NCBI GenBank assembly: GCA_030017685.1
Contig: JASEHH010000007.1
Span: 1,824-65,823, forward strand
Source: Thermodesulfobacteriota bacterium
Lineage (GTDB): Bacteria > Desulfobacterota > BSN033 > UBA1163
Direction of reading: 5' to 3'
Length of the DNA: 64,000 nucleotides
The translations under genes were made by a program, and so were the position numbers. Below, piece by piece: positions 47,359-57,241 of the stretch. The notes beneath the pieces are model-generated. The model was not told the DNA's origin. It did no database searches and saw only the letters and a list, made by a program, of their open reading frames with translations. The stretch's first letter is position 1. Every line of letters begins with the position of its first letter.

Positions 47359-47368
47359 GGGGAAGAGG

Positions 47369-48217
47369 ATGGATTTTGAATTATCCGATGAGCAGAAGGA
47401 TGTTCAAAAAGCGGCGATGGAGTTTTCCAAAGGGGAGTTCGATCCGGATCTTGCCCTGGAACTGGATCGGAACGGGCAGTTCCCAGAATTGATATGGAAG
47501 AAGGCCTGCCAGTTAGGATTCATTGGGATTCATTATCCTGAGGAGTTTGGAGGTCAGGGGTTGGGCCTCTTTGAGACTCTTCTGGTCATCGAAGCATTCT
47601 GCAGGGTTGACTCTGGAATTGGGGGCGCTCTGAGCACTGTAGATTTGGGCTCAGAGGTCATTCTAAAATTCGGTTCCCATGAACAGAAAAAAGATTTTCT
47701 TCTTCCCTTGGCAAGAGGAGAGAAAAGGTTGAGCGTTGCCTTTGCCGAATCGGAAGATGGGAAAGACCTCTCCTCCGTCTCCACTGTTGCAGAGAGAAGG
47801 GGTGAGGGGTACCTCATCCATGGGAGAAAAAGGTTTGTGCTCAATGTTTCTTTATCAGATGCCTTCATCAATCGTTGCAAGGAGCCCAAAGAAGGGTGGA
47901 TCACTTTGATTGTAAAGAAAGAAAATGGTGGGATGGAAGTCCATCCTATTGAGAAGATGGGGTTGAGGATGATTCCATTTGGAGATCTTCACTTCAAAGA
48001 AGTACGGGTGCCCCTTGAGAGTCGGGTGGGACGTGAAGATGAAGGGAGGGTCCATGCTCACCACTGCCATCAGGCGATGGAACTCAAAAGCGTTGCTAAA
48101 TCTTTCTCCTTCCCGCCCTACTCTAAATTATTTGGGGGGAAGTGTCTCACTTTCATTGGCACAGAGGGTAAGCGGCGGGGAATAAGCCCTAAAGTGATTC
48201 AAGGAGGTACAAGATGA
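47369..48217 (+). pseudogene. acyl-CoA dehydrogenase lacking the C-terminal domain
   Basis: MDFELSDEQ, PEEFGGQG, EKMGLR; similarity is lost after about 48095. Confidence 0.75.
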
Positions 48218-49344
48218 TTGATTTTTCGTTTACTAAAGAGCAAGAGGAGTTCAGGGAAAAGGTAAGGGAGTTTGCCCAGAAAGAGGTAGAGCCAAGAAGG
48301 AAAGAATGGGATAGAGAGGGAAAATCGGCCCTGCCCATAAACGAGAGGCTTGCAGCATGGGGCCTTTTAACAGCGGATATGGACAATATCACCAGGGGCA
48401 TCCTTACGGAAGAGGTCGCTTATGTGGACTTTAACAGCGCCATGCCCTTAGTGTGGGCTACCATGCCATTTGTTTTACATCAACTCCCCGGAGTGCCGGA
48501 AGAGGTTAAAAAGCCGATCCAGGAAGGGATACTGAGTGGCAAGAGCTTTCTTGCGCTCTGTTTCGCTGAGTCGGGTGCGGGTACGGATATGGCCGGAATC
48601 AAGACCTCGGCAGTGAGGGATGATGAAGGATGGGTCATAAACGGCACCAAGAATACCATTAGCTGGGTGAATGCCGATTACTATTTTGTCTGTGCCAAGA
48701 CGGGAGATGAGGAAGAAGGGATATGGGCCCTAACCAATTTTCTGGTGCCTGCCTCTTTTCCCGGTGTCAGCAAACCCAAGATATGGAAGGATATGGGATC
48801 TAAGGGGGCGGTTCGAGGTACGGTCAATTTTACGAATGTGAGGGTCCCGTTGAACTATATGATCGGGGAGATGGGCAAGGGTTATCTTTTGGCTGCAGAG
48901 TTCTTTGACACCAATCGTGCGTTTATCGGCCTAAAATGCATTGGAGCGGCCCAGGCCTCTGTGGACGAGTCATGTCTATATGCCAAAAAGAGGGGAGTTA
49001 TGGGGAAGCCTATCGCCGGATATCAGGCCATCAGTTTCCCCCTTGCCGAGGCCCAAACCCTGCTCGAAGCAGCCAGGTTGTTGTGCTACAAGACACTCTG
49101 GATGGCGGATAAGGGAGTACGGCACACCACCGAAGGGGCTATGTGCAAGTGGTGGATTCCGGAGATCACCTTTGAGATCGTGCGCAAGGGCCTCCTTACA
49201 CATGGTCAGTATGGCTATACCGAAGAACTTCCTTTTGAACAGAGGCTGAGGGACATCCTCGGCTGGCAGATAGGTGATGGCACGGCGGAACCGTCCAAAC
49301 TCCTGATTGCCAGGAGTATGATGGGCAAAGAGTATGTGGGCTAA
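48214..49344 (+). CDS. acyl-CoA dehydrogenase (cyclohexanecarboxyl-CoA dehydrogenase-like)
   Basis: NGTKNTISW, MCKWW, HGQYGY...RLRD...QIGDGT; subfamily is tentative. Confidence 0.88.
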   Translation: MIDFSFTKEQEEFREKVREFAQKEVEPRRKEWDREGKSALPINERLAAWGLLTADMDNITRGILTEEVAYVDFNSAMPLVWATMPFVLHQLPGVPEEVKKPIQEGILSGKSFLALCFAESGAGTDMAGIKTSAVRDDEGWVINGTKNTISWVNADYYFVCAKTGDEEEGIWALTNFLVPASFPGVSKPKIWKDMGSKGAVRGTVNFTNVRVPLNYMIGEMGKGYLLAAEFFDTNRAFIGLKCIGAAQASVDESCLYAKKRGVMGKPIAGYQAISFPLAEAQTLLEAARLLCYKTLWMADKGVRHTTEGAMCKWWIPEITFEIVRKGLLTHGQYGYTEELPFEQRLRDILGWQIGDGTAEPSKLLIARSMMGKEYVG

Positions 49345-49629
49345 ATAAAAGGATAAGGAATGACCGTTTTTGGCTACGTAGTGGAATTAAGTTAAGCAGA
49401 TTTTGTGTGGGGTTTTTTTCATCCTGATTTAATCTAATCCTAATTAATGCCAAAAACTAAAAATTGAGGGAAAGGGGGTTATTGTCCCCCTGGAGATTTA
49501 TTCAACTAACATTTGGACAGTAGTGGTATTCCATTATTATTGAATAAAATCATTTTAGAGTAAAACTTGCCAAGTTACCAGAACTATTTAATTTTTAAAG
49601 ATTATCATAACAGGATCTAAAAGAGAAAC

Positions 49630-50511
49630 ATGTACCGCAACTTTGAAGAAATCTTGACAAAGGCAAAAGAACGAGGCCCTTGTAGGGTTTCCATCCTCTT
49701 CCCTGATGACCCGGATATCATGCGGGTGGCAGTAGATGGAATGAGGGAGAAACTGATTGAACCGGTTTTGGTGGGCCATTATAATCGGATCAAGGCAATA
49801 GCCCAGGAGGCAAATTTGCCTCTAAGCAAAATAGAGATTCGGGAAAAGAAAGATCCTCAGGAAGCGGCCAATTTATGTTTGGATATGGCGAAGAAAGGGG
49901 AAGTTACCTTCGTGGTCAAGGGCAATATTTTGACGACATATCTTTATAAGGCATTGATCAGGATTACCAAGAAGTTCTCGCTTGATCAGATACCTTGCGC
50001 ACTCTGTTTCCATCACATCGCGGGTATTGAGAAGATCTTTGTCATTACTGACGGTGGAGTAAACATCCACCCCAATCTCGAAACGAAAAAGAAGATTCTC
50101 GCCAACGCCATAAGCGTATTACAGAGGCTGGGTTGTAAACGACCTCGAATAATGATCCTTGCCGCCCCTCGCTTCCTTGATGAAGCCTCTTCTTATTCTC
50201 GGGATGCTGACATTCTTCGAAGACTGAGCCTGGGGGGAGACCTGGGCCAGTGTGAGATAGATATTGCTAAAAATCTCCACGAGGCCTTCCCTGACAGGTC
50301 CATACGAACGGAGACATTCCCTGACGTTTTTCTGGTTCCCAATATCGAAACTGGAAACATCCTGGTCAAGAGTATTGATCATCTGGGCATAGGCATACGC
50401 CAATGTGTGACGGTCGGAGCAGGTATATTTGTCCTTACCCCCTCACGATCAGATGGATATGAGGCCCGTATGATGAATTTATCACTGGGAATCGTCCTTG
50501 CCACATCATGA
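49630..50511 (+). CDS. phosphate acyltransferase (Ptb-like) 1
   Basis: VKG...T, TDGGVN..P, VPNIETGN, PSRSD motifs. Confidence 0.88.
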   Translation: MYRNFEEILTKAKERGPCRVSILFPDDPDIMRVAVDGMREKLIEPVLVGHYNRIKAIAQEANLPLSKIEIREKKDPQEAANLCLDMAKKGEVTFVVKGNILTTYLYKALIRITKKFSLDQIPCALCFHHIAGIEKIFVITDGGVNIHPNLETKKKILANAISVLQRLGCKRPRIMILAAPRFLDEASSYSRDADILRRLSLGGDLGQCEIDIAKNLHEAFPDRSIRTETFPDVFLVPNIETGNILVKSIDHLGIGIRQCVTVGAGIFVLTPSRSDGYEARMMNLSLGIVLATS

Positions 50512-50518
50512 GAGGTAG

Positions 50519-51400
50519 TTGGAGATGGATCTCGATTTTAATGCCGTGATAGGGTTTGCCAGGCAAGGTGGAAAGAAGAAGGTAGTGATCTCCGGTCAAA
50601 AAGATCTGGCAGCTCTGGCTTCTCTCTCTGAGGCGAAAAGAGAAGGTTGGGTAGAACCCCTTGCAATCGGTCGCTCCTTTGCAGATATGGATGGGGAGAT
50701 GGAGATTGCTTTCTCTTCGGTCGATGTTGATGAGGCAAGGCTTAGGGCCCTGAACCTCATTCAATCCGGTAAAGCAGAAATCCTCATGGACACGGGTCCA
50801 TTGGAGAAAAGATTTTTCTCATTACTCTTTGATCAAATCAAGGGAATCGGTGGAGGTGAGATAATAAGCTATGTAAGCCTTTTGATACCTCCAGGAACAG
50901 GTCGACTCACTTTATTCACCGATACCCTGATCCACCGCTCTCCCAGGCTGAAAGATAAGGTGGGTATTGTGGAGAATGTCATAAAGTTTGCGGGGAGACT
51001 GGGAATTGAGAGGCCCAAGGTCGCGGCCCTGGCTCCCCTGGAGCTGGTTAATCCGGCTTTGGAATCGACCCTGGATGCAGCCATTCTATCAAAGATGTCA
51101 GAACGGGGCCAGTTTGGTCAGGCTATCGTTGAGGGGCCACTGGCGATGGACAACGCAGCCTCTGCTTCTGCAGCCCGCCACAAAGGGATCATGAGCGTGG
51201 TGCCAGGGAATGTGGATATCTACCTCTTCCCCGATCTGGAATCGGCTCACCTGACAGCCCAATTTTTGGCCTGGGTGGGGCGTCTCCAATTTGGGGGAAT
51301 ACTCCTTGGAACACCATTTCCCATTGCTATTCGATCTCCTTTGGAGCGACCTGACTCCTGGCTTATCAACCTGGCCTTGGCCTGCTCCTCGAAGGGATGA
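50519..51400 (+). CDS. phosphate acyltransferase (Ptb-like) 2, divergent
   Basis: PKVAAL..ELVNP, EGPLAMDNA; lacks the SR-D motif. Confidence 0.82.
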   Translation: MEMDLDFNAVIGFARQGGKKKVVISGQKDLAALASLSEAKREGWVEPLAIGRSFADMDGEMEIAFSSVDVDEARLRALNLIQSGKAEILMDTGPLEKRFFSLLFDQIKGIGGGEIISYVSLLIPPGTGRLTLFTDTLIHRSPRLKDKVGIVENVIKFAGRLGIERPKVAALAPLELVNPALESTLDAAILSKMSERGQFGQAIVEGPLAMDNAASASAARHKGIMSVVPGNVDIYLFPDLESAHLTAQFLAWVGRLQFGGILLGTPFPIAIRSPLERPDSWLINLALACSSKG

Positions 51401-51403
51401 GGA

Positions 51404-52474
51404 ATGTTTCGAATCCTTGTGATCAATGTCGGCTCAACCTCCCTGAAGATAGGGGTCTTTTCTAATAATAAACCTCTCTTTAAAGAGACTGTAGATTGTG
51501 GAGGGAAAGAATCGAAAAAAACGGAGGAGATAAATGAGCAAATTCTCTATTACCGGAAGGTGATTGACAAAATTTTATCCAGTCACAGTGAGATTGAAAA
51601 TAAGTTTGATCTGATCGTAAGCCGAGGAGGCTTAACCCGTCCTCTTAAGAGTGGAGCCTACCTCATTAATGAGGCCATGTGCAGGGATTTGAGGACAGGG
51701 AGGTATGGCTTTCATCCAAGCAACTTTGGACCCCTATTGGCCCATGAGATCGCTTCGAGAATGGGCACCCAGGCCATCATCTTTGATTCACCGGTGACAG
51801 ATGAAATGAAACCCATTGCCAGGATATCGGGATTAAAAGGGATCGAGCGGAGGGCTGGATTTCATGTTCTCAGTCAAAAGGCAGCCGGAAGGAAAGCGGC
51901 CAGAGAATTAAGGGCCCTCTATGAGAATCTGAATCTCGTCATTGCCCATTTAGGGGGAGGAATTACCATCTGCGCCCATCAAAAAGGTAGAATCATCGAT
52001 GGGACACATGGTCTCAGTGAGGGGCCTTTTACTCCCCAGCGAACAGGGGCCCTTCCTCTGGAAGCTGTGATTGAGCTCTCTTTTTCAGGCCGATTTGCAA
52101 CGGAAGGAGAGTTAGGGGCCTATCTTTTGGGCAATGGGGGCCTGATATCTTATCTGGGCACATATGATATACCCGAGATTGAGGCACAGATCAGATCCGG
52201 AGATAAAGAGGCGGATCTGATACTCCGGGCGATGTGCTATCAAATAGGAAAAGAGATTGGAGCAATGGCTGCGGTTCTAAAGGGAAGGGCAGATGCGATC
52301 GTCCTGACAGGAAATATGTGTTATTCGTCATTCATCGTGAATGAGATTAAATCTTATATCGATTTTCTTGCCCCTGTTTATGTATTTCCCGGTGATGATG
52401 AGCTCGAAAATTTAGCCCTTGGAGGCTTAGCGGTTTTGAAGTCTGGGGATTTTCCCTCTATTCAAAAATATTAA
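51404..52474 (+). CDS. buk: butyrate kinase
   Basis: INVGSTSLK, SRGG, HPSN, HLGGGI, EGPFTPQRTG motifs. Confidence 0.93.
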   Translation: MFRILVINVGSTSLKIGVFSNNKPLFKETVDCGGKESKKTEEINEQILYYRKVIDKILSSHSEIENKFDLIVSRGGLTRPLKSGAYLINEAMCRDLRTGRYGFHPSNFGPLLAHEIASRMGTQAIIFDSPVTDEMKPIARISGLKGIERRAGFHVLSQKAAGRKAARELRALYENLNLVIAHLGGGITICAHQKGRIIDGTHGLSEGPFTPQRTGALPLEAVIELSFSGRFATEGELGAYLLGNGGLISYLGTYDIPEIEAQIRSGDKEADLILRAMCYQIGKEIGAMAAVLKGRADAIVLTGNMCYSSFIVNEIKSYIDFLAPVYVFPGDDELENLALGGLAVLKSGDFPSIQKY

Positions 52475-52500
52475 GTCATCATTCATTGAGGGGGTAAAAA

Positions 52501-52938
52501 ATGCTATTTCAGGAATGTCTCTGTTTTATTGTTGGGAAGGCTTCAAGAAACATGGTTAAGATCGTGAGGGATAAGGTTTCACCCTATGGCCTTACCCCTA
52601 CCCAGTTCTTCTTATTAATCGCCCTCTATGAAGAAAATGGAATCCTCATTACCGCACTGGCAAAGAAGGTAGCCCTGGACAAATCCACGCTGACCAGTCT
52701 CTTAGATCATTTGGAACGGAATGAGCTGATCCAGAGGAGCGCCCATCCCACGGACAGGAGGATCATACAGATTTATCTGACTCCGAAGGCAGAAGCCATG
52801 AGGGAAGATCTAATCCGAATTTATCACGAAATCAATGGACTCTTTCTCTCTCGATTGGCACCAGAAGAGCTGAAAATTTTTGAAGGGATTATTAATAAAC
52901 TCGAAATCGGGAAACAGGAGAGTGAAGAAGAGATTTAA
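52501..52938 (+). CDS. MarR family transcriptional regulator
   Basis: LTPTQF, LDKSTLT, DRR..QIYLT motifs. Confidence 0.93.
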   Translation: MLFQECLCFIVGKASRNMVKIVRDKVSPYGLTPTQFFLLIALYEENGILITALAKKVALDKSTLTSLLDHLERNELIQRSAHPTDRRIIQIYLTPKAEAMREDLIRIYHEINGLFLSRLAPEELKIFEGIINKLEIGKQESEEEI

Positions 52939-53370
52939 ATGCATCCCAACTCATTCTTATTTTTTGGAAGGGATTTAAGCAAGTTTAGAGAGGTGATGGA
53001 AGGGTCAATCCTTCCCCCCAATGCTTTACTTCTGGGTTTAGATGGGGCTGTGCTTTTATCGATACCGGAGTGGAAAGGGTTTCCCAATTTTTTTGAAGAA
53101 GGGAATAAGGGTTTTGACCATCTTGCCCACTGGGAAAACCATTTCCTGGGTGGAGAGCTCTTCTGCATAGTGCTTGATATCAAATGGAGTAATGGCCATC
53201 ATTTGAAATTGGGTTTCATCTATCCCCACTACAGAAGGATTCTGTTTCACATCTGGAAAAATAAGAGGATAGGCCTTCTGGATAAGCCTTTGAAGAATGG
53301 GACCCCGGATCCTAAATCAAGGTGTATCCTTGTAAAAAACCTTCCGGCCTGGAGCACCGAGGTGGTTTGA
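52939..53370 (+). CDS. hypothetical protein
   Basis: 143-aa ORF abutting marR in the operon direction. Confidence 0.55.
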   Translation: MHPNSFLFFGRDLSKFREVMEGSILPPNALLLGLDGAVLLSIPEWKGFPNFFEEGNKGFDHLAHWENHFLGGELFCIVLDIKWSNGHHLKLGFIYPHYRRILFHIWKNKRIGLLDKPLKNGTPDPKSRCILVKNLPAWSTEVV

Positions 53371-53422
53371 TCGATGAGGGATAGGACCTTGGCAAGGTTG
53401 AGAATTTGGAGGATTAATTTTT

Positions 53423-55507
53423 ATGGATAAATTGTTTTCTCCCCAAAGGGTAGCAGTGATTGGAGTTTCAGACCAGCCGGAAAACTTGGCAAGGCACATC
53501 GTTGAAAATCTCTTCAAATTTGGTTTTCCGGGAGAAGTCTACATGGTGGGGAAGTCTCAAGGAGTCATTTTCGGGCAGAGAATTCTCTCCTCTGTCAGTG
53601 AGCTACCCTTAGGTTTGGATTTGGCCATTGTCCTCACCCCCGCCCATACTGTCCCAGGAATTATAGAAGAATGTGGGTTAAAGGAAATACCATGGGTTGT
53701 CGTAGAGAGTGGTGGTTTTGGTGAATACTCTGAGGAAGGAAAGAAAATCGAGGAGGACCTCCTAACCGCTGCTCGAAAATGGGGGATGAGGATTGTGGGG
53801 CCCAATGGCATCGGAGTAATGAACCCAGGTTATGGCCTGGTCTGCCCCTTCTTTCCCATCCATAACGAAGCGCTCAAACCGGGCAAAGTGGCTGTACTCT
53901 CCCAAAGCGGAGGCGCCCTTTTGGCCCTTCTCAACCTCCTCGGAAGTGGGAATATCGGGATCAGCAAAGCCATAAGCATGGGAAACAAACTGGACTTGAA
54001 TGAAGTGGACTACCTAAAATATCTCATAGAGGATCGAGAGACCGAAATTATAGCGATCTATCTCGAAAGCATCGCCGATGGCCGCAGATTCATGGAAATT
54101 GCCCGAGGATGCCAAAAACCTATTATTCTTCAAAAGGTCAATACCTCATCATCAAGCGCCGAGATTGCCCGGTTTCATACCTCGGCCTTAGCAGGGGATG
54201 ACAGGGTATTGGATGCGGTGATGAGGCAGTGTGGGGTCATAAGGGTAAAGGACTTTCGAAGCATGGTGAACCATGTCAAGGTCTTCAGCCTCCCTCCGAT
54301 GAAGGGGAATCGGTTGGTCATCATCTCCCGTTCCGGTGGAATGGCCATTGTTGCTGCCGATCTGGCAGAGGAGTGTGGATTTCATCTGGCACCCCTTTCC
54401 AATGCCTTTCTTGAGAAGGTCCAGAGTTCTTTCCGAGCCAAGGTGATTCGACCGACCAATCCATTGGATTTGGGAGACCTATTTGATTTTAAATTTTACA
54501 CCGAGATTGCGGAGGAAGTTTTGAGAGGGCCGGGTGTGGATGGCATTCTCTTTCAGCATGCCTTTGCGCCAGGCCAGGAGACGGAGAAGTCCATCAAACT
54601 GGCAAATGCTCTTCACCACCTTTCAGAAACTTATAAAAAACCTCTCGCCATCTGTTATCTTTCTGATGAGCGGGGCATGGCCTTTGTGAAGAAGTCTGTG
54701 ACATTTCCACTCTTCACCGAGCCAGGGGAGGCCCTTCCAGCCCTGGCTTCGTATTATAGACATTGTCAGAGAATAAAGAGTTCCGAGGACTCTAAACATC
54801 CATCTTTAAGGAATGATAAAATTCAATCCCTCATTGAGAATCTATCCCAATGTGAAGGCAGACTCCTGCTCCACGAAGCCTTAGAGATTGTGGCAGCTTC
54901 TGGGATCGACGTTGCTCCATATTCCCTTGCAAACGATCCGGAGGAAGCCCTGAGAAAGGCTCGTGAGTTGGGTTATCCAGTGGTATTAAAGCTCAATCTT
55001 CCCAGTATTCTCCATAAGACGGAATTGAATGGTTTAATATTAAACATCCAGGATGAAGATCAACTGCGGATTGGATTTCACGAGATGATGGAGAGGTCAA
55101 AGAAAGGACGATCAGATCACTCCTCTTCAGGTCTTCTCATACAGAAGATGGTCACGGGTGGAAAGGAATTGATCCTGGGAGGGAAACACGATCCAAGTTT
55201 TGGACCAATCGTTCTCATTGGGCTGGGAGGAATTTACGCTGAGATCTTCAAGGATATTTCCCTTCGAGCAGCCCCTATTACTGAAAGAGAGGCCATCGAG
55301 ATGATCGAAGAGTTAAAGGGGATCGAAATCCTCCAGGGAACGAGGGGGAGTTTCCCCTCGGATTTGGGATCTATTAAAGAAGCCCTTTTAAAGCTCTCCC
55401 AACTGATGGTTGGTTTCCCCCAGATCAAAGGGATCGATATTAATCCTCTGATTGTATTGGAAAAAGGGGATGGATCCATGGCTGTGGACGCCCGAATCAT
55501 CTTTTAG
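53423..55507 (+). CDS. ADP-forming acetate/acyl-CoA ligase (fused alpha/beta)
   Basis: GPNGIG, SQSGG, HTSALAG phospho-His, NPLDLG, HKTE, DINPL, DAR motifs. Confidence 0.93.
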   Translation: MDKLFSPQRVAVIGVSDQPENLARHIVENLFKFGFPGEVYMVGKSQGVIFGQRILSSVSELPLGLDLAIVLTPAHTVPGIIEECGLKEIPWVVVESGGFGEYSEEGKKIEEDLLTAARKWGMRIVGPNGIGVMNPGYGLVCPFFPIHNEALKPGKVAVLSQSGGALLALLNLLGSGNIGISKAISMGNKLDLNEVDYLKYLIEDRETEIIAIYLESIADGRRFMEIARGCQKPIILQKVNTSSSSAEIARFHTSALAGDDRVLDAVMRQCGVIRVKDFRSMVNHVKVFSLPPMKGNRLVIISRSGGMAIVAADLAEECGFHLAPLSNAFLEKVQSSFRAKVIRPTNPLDLGDLFDFKFYTEIAEEVLRGPGVDGILFQHAFAPGQETEKSIKLANALHHLSETYKKPLAICYLSDERGMAFVKKSVTFPLFTEPGEALPALASYYRHCQRIKSSEDSKHPSLRNDKIQSLIENLSQCEGRLLLHEALEIVAASGIDVAPYSLANDPEEALRKARELGYPVVLKLNLPSILHKTELNGLILNIQDEDQLRIGFHEMMERSKKGRSDHSSSGLLIQKMVTGGKELILGGKHDPSFGPIVLIGLGGIYAEIFKDISLRAAPITEREAIEMIEELKGIEILQGTRGSFPSDLGSIKEALLKLSQLMVGFPQIKGIDINPLIVLEKGDGSMAVDARIIF

Positions 55508-55583
55508 ATGAGTACTTGGGGAAAGGTGTCCAATCTAACGAGAATGGAGGAATTTACTTTTACACCCTAAAGGAGGTGATATC

Positions 55584-55988
55584 ATGGCCAGGATGCCAAG
55601 GGAGGTTATGGATGTTTTCAATGATCCCAGAAGTGCAAAGGTTTTAGCCACAGCAGGCACTATTTTAGAAATCAATGTGGTTCCGAAGGGAAGTCTGAGG
55701 GCAATAGATGAAGAGACCTTAGCCTTTGCTGACATTTTTGGGGACAAAACAAACAAGAATCTGGAGGTCAATAAAAAGGTGGCGGTTCTTGCCTTTAAGA
55801 TGGATCCCGTTTCGGGTTATCAGATAAAGGGTACCCTTCAGGGATTTCAGACCTCGGGTGAACTGTTTGATAAATTTGCGAAGGAGATAAGAGGGAGGAT
55901 AAAGTTGGATATGAGGGCGGTAGGCACCATAAGGGTTGATGAGGTTTATGCCGTAGCCCCGCCCCATCCAGGCAGAAAGATTGCCTGA
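55584..55988 (+). CDS. pyridoxamine 5'-phosphate oxidase-like FMN-binding protein
   Basis: KVLAT, KTNKNL, GYQIKG motifs; AGGAGG RBS. Confidence 0.8.
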   Translation: MARMPREVMDVFNDPRSAKVLATAGTILEINVVPKGSLRAIDEETLAFADIFGDKTNKNLEVNKKVAVLAFKMDPVSGYQIKGTLQGFQTSGELFDKFAKEIRGRIKLDMRAVGTIRVDEVYAVAPPHPGRKIA

Positions 55989-56031
55989 TGGTTATACGTG
56001 ACAGGAAAAAATTTCTTTTGAGAGGGAAAAG

Positions 56032-57072
56032 TTGAAGAGAATCTCTTATAAAGATGCGGGTGTGGATATTGAGAAAGGAAACTCATTTGTCCAGGCAATC
56101 AAGCCGATGGTAGAGTCGACCTTTCGACCTAAGGTATTGACTAAGATCGGTGGGTTTGCTGGTTGCGTATCCCTCAACATGGAACGTTATAAAAAACCGA
56201 TCTTGGTCTCCTCTACCGATGGCGTGGGCACGAAACTGGAGATTGCCTTCCTCATGGATCGCCATGATACCGTGGGGGTCGATCTGGTGGCAATGTGTGT
56301 CAATGACATCGTGGTCAGTGGAGCCAAGCCCCTCTTCCTTTTGGATTATTTAGCCACTTCTCAACTGGACCCAGAAAAGGCGAAGGAGATCGTTTCAGGC
56401 ATTGTCAAAGGATGTGTGGAGGCGGAATGCTCCCTCATCGGAGGGGAGACCGCGGAGATGCCGGGTTTTTATAAAAAAGGGGAGTACGATCTGGCTGGAT
56501 TTGTCGTTGGAATTGTGGAGGATGCTCAATTGATCGATGGGTCGAGTGTGACCGTGGGCGATAAATTGATAGGGATTGCCTCCAGCGGCCTTCACAGCAA
56601 CGGTTATTCCTTAGTGAGGAAGGTGCTCATTGAACATCACAAATTGGATCTTGGGAAAAGAGTTGAAGGGATCGGAGAGATATTAGGAGAAGAACTCCTC
56701 CGGCCAACTAAGATCTATGTCAAGACCATCCTCAACCTTGTCAGAGACTTCACCATTGGAGGAATAGCTCATATCACGGGTAGGGGCATCACGGGAAATC
56801 TTCCAAGGGTTATTCCAAAGGGTTGTAAAGCCATCGTGCGAAAAGGGTCATGGGATATTCCTCCCATCTTCTCCTTCCTGAAGGAGATGGGGAATATTTC
56901 TGAGGATGAAATGCTTCGGACTTTTAACAACGGAATTGGGATGATCCTCATCGTCAGGGCAAAAGAGGCGGAGGACATCCTGGCAAGGCTTCGCTCCATG
57001 GGTGAGAAGGTTTTTATGATCGGCGAGATCGTGAAATCGGAGAAGGAACAAGAGAGAATCGAATTTGTCTGA
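56032..57072 (+). CDS. purM: phosphoribosylformylglycinamidine cyclo-ligase
   Basis: YKDAGVD, DGVGTK, GGETAEMPG, HSNGYSL motifs. Confidence 0.96.
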   Translation: MKRISYKDAGVDIEKGNSFVQAIKPMVESTFRPKVLTKIGGFAGCVSLNMERYKKPILVSSTDGVGTKLEIAFLMDRHDTVGVDLVAMCVNDIVVSGAKPLFLLDYLATSQLDPEKAKEIVSGIVKGCVEAECSLIGGETAEMPGFYKKGEYDLAGFVVGIVEDAQLIDGSSVTVGDKLIGIASSGLHSNGYSLVRKVLIEHHKLDLGKRVEGIGEILGEELLRPTKIYVKTILNLVRDFTIGGIAHITGRGITGNLPRVIPKGCKAIVRKGSWDIPPIFSFLKEMGNISEDEMLRTFNNGIGMILIVRAKEAEDILARLRSMGEKVFMIGEIVKSEKEQERIEFV

Positions 57073-57241
57073 CCCCCTTTGGGTCACTCCTTTTTCTACA
57101 AAAATTTTTAGTGGGACAAACTTCTACTTATAATGTTTCTTGAAATACCCCAACCAACTATCAACAGCGGCACGCAACATCAATGTGTCTTGCTTTTCTT
57201 ACTACCGCAGCACAGCTATTTTGAAAGGTGGTTAACAAGTC

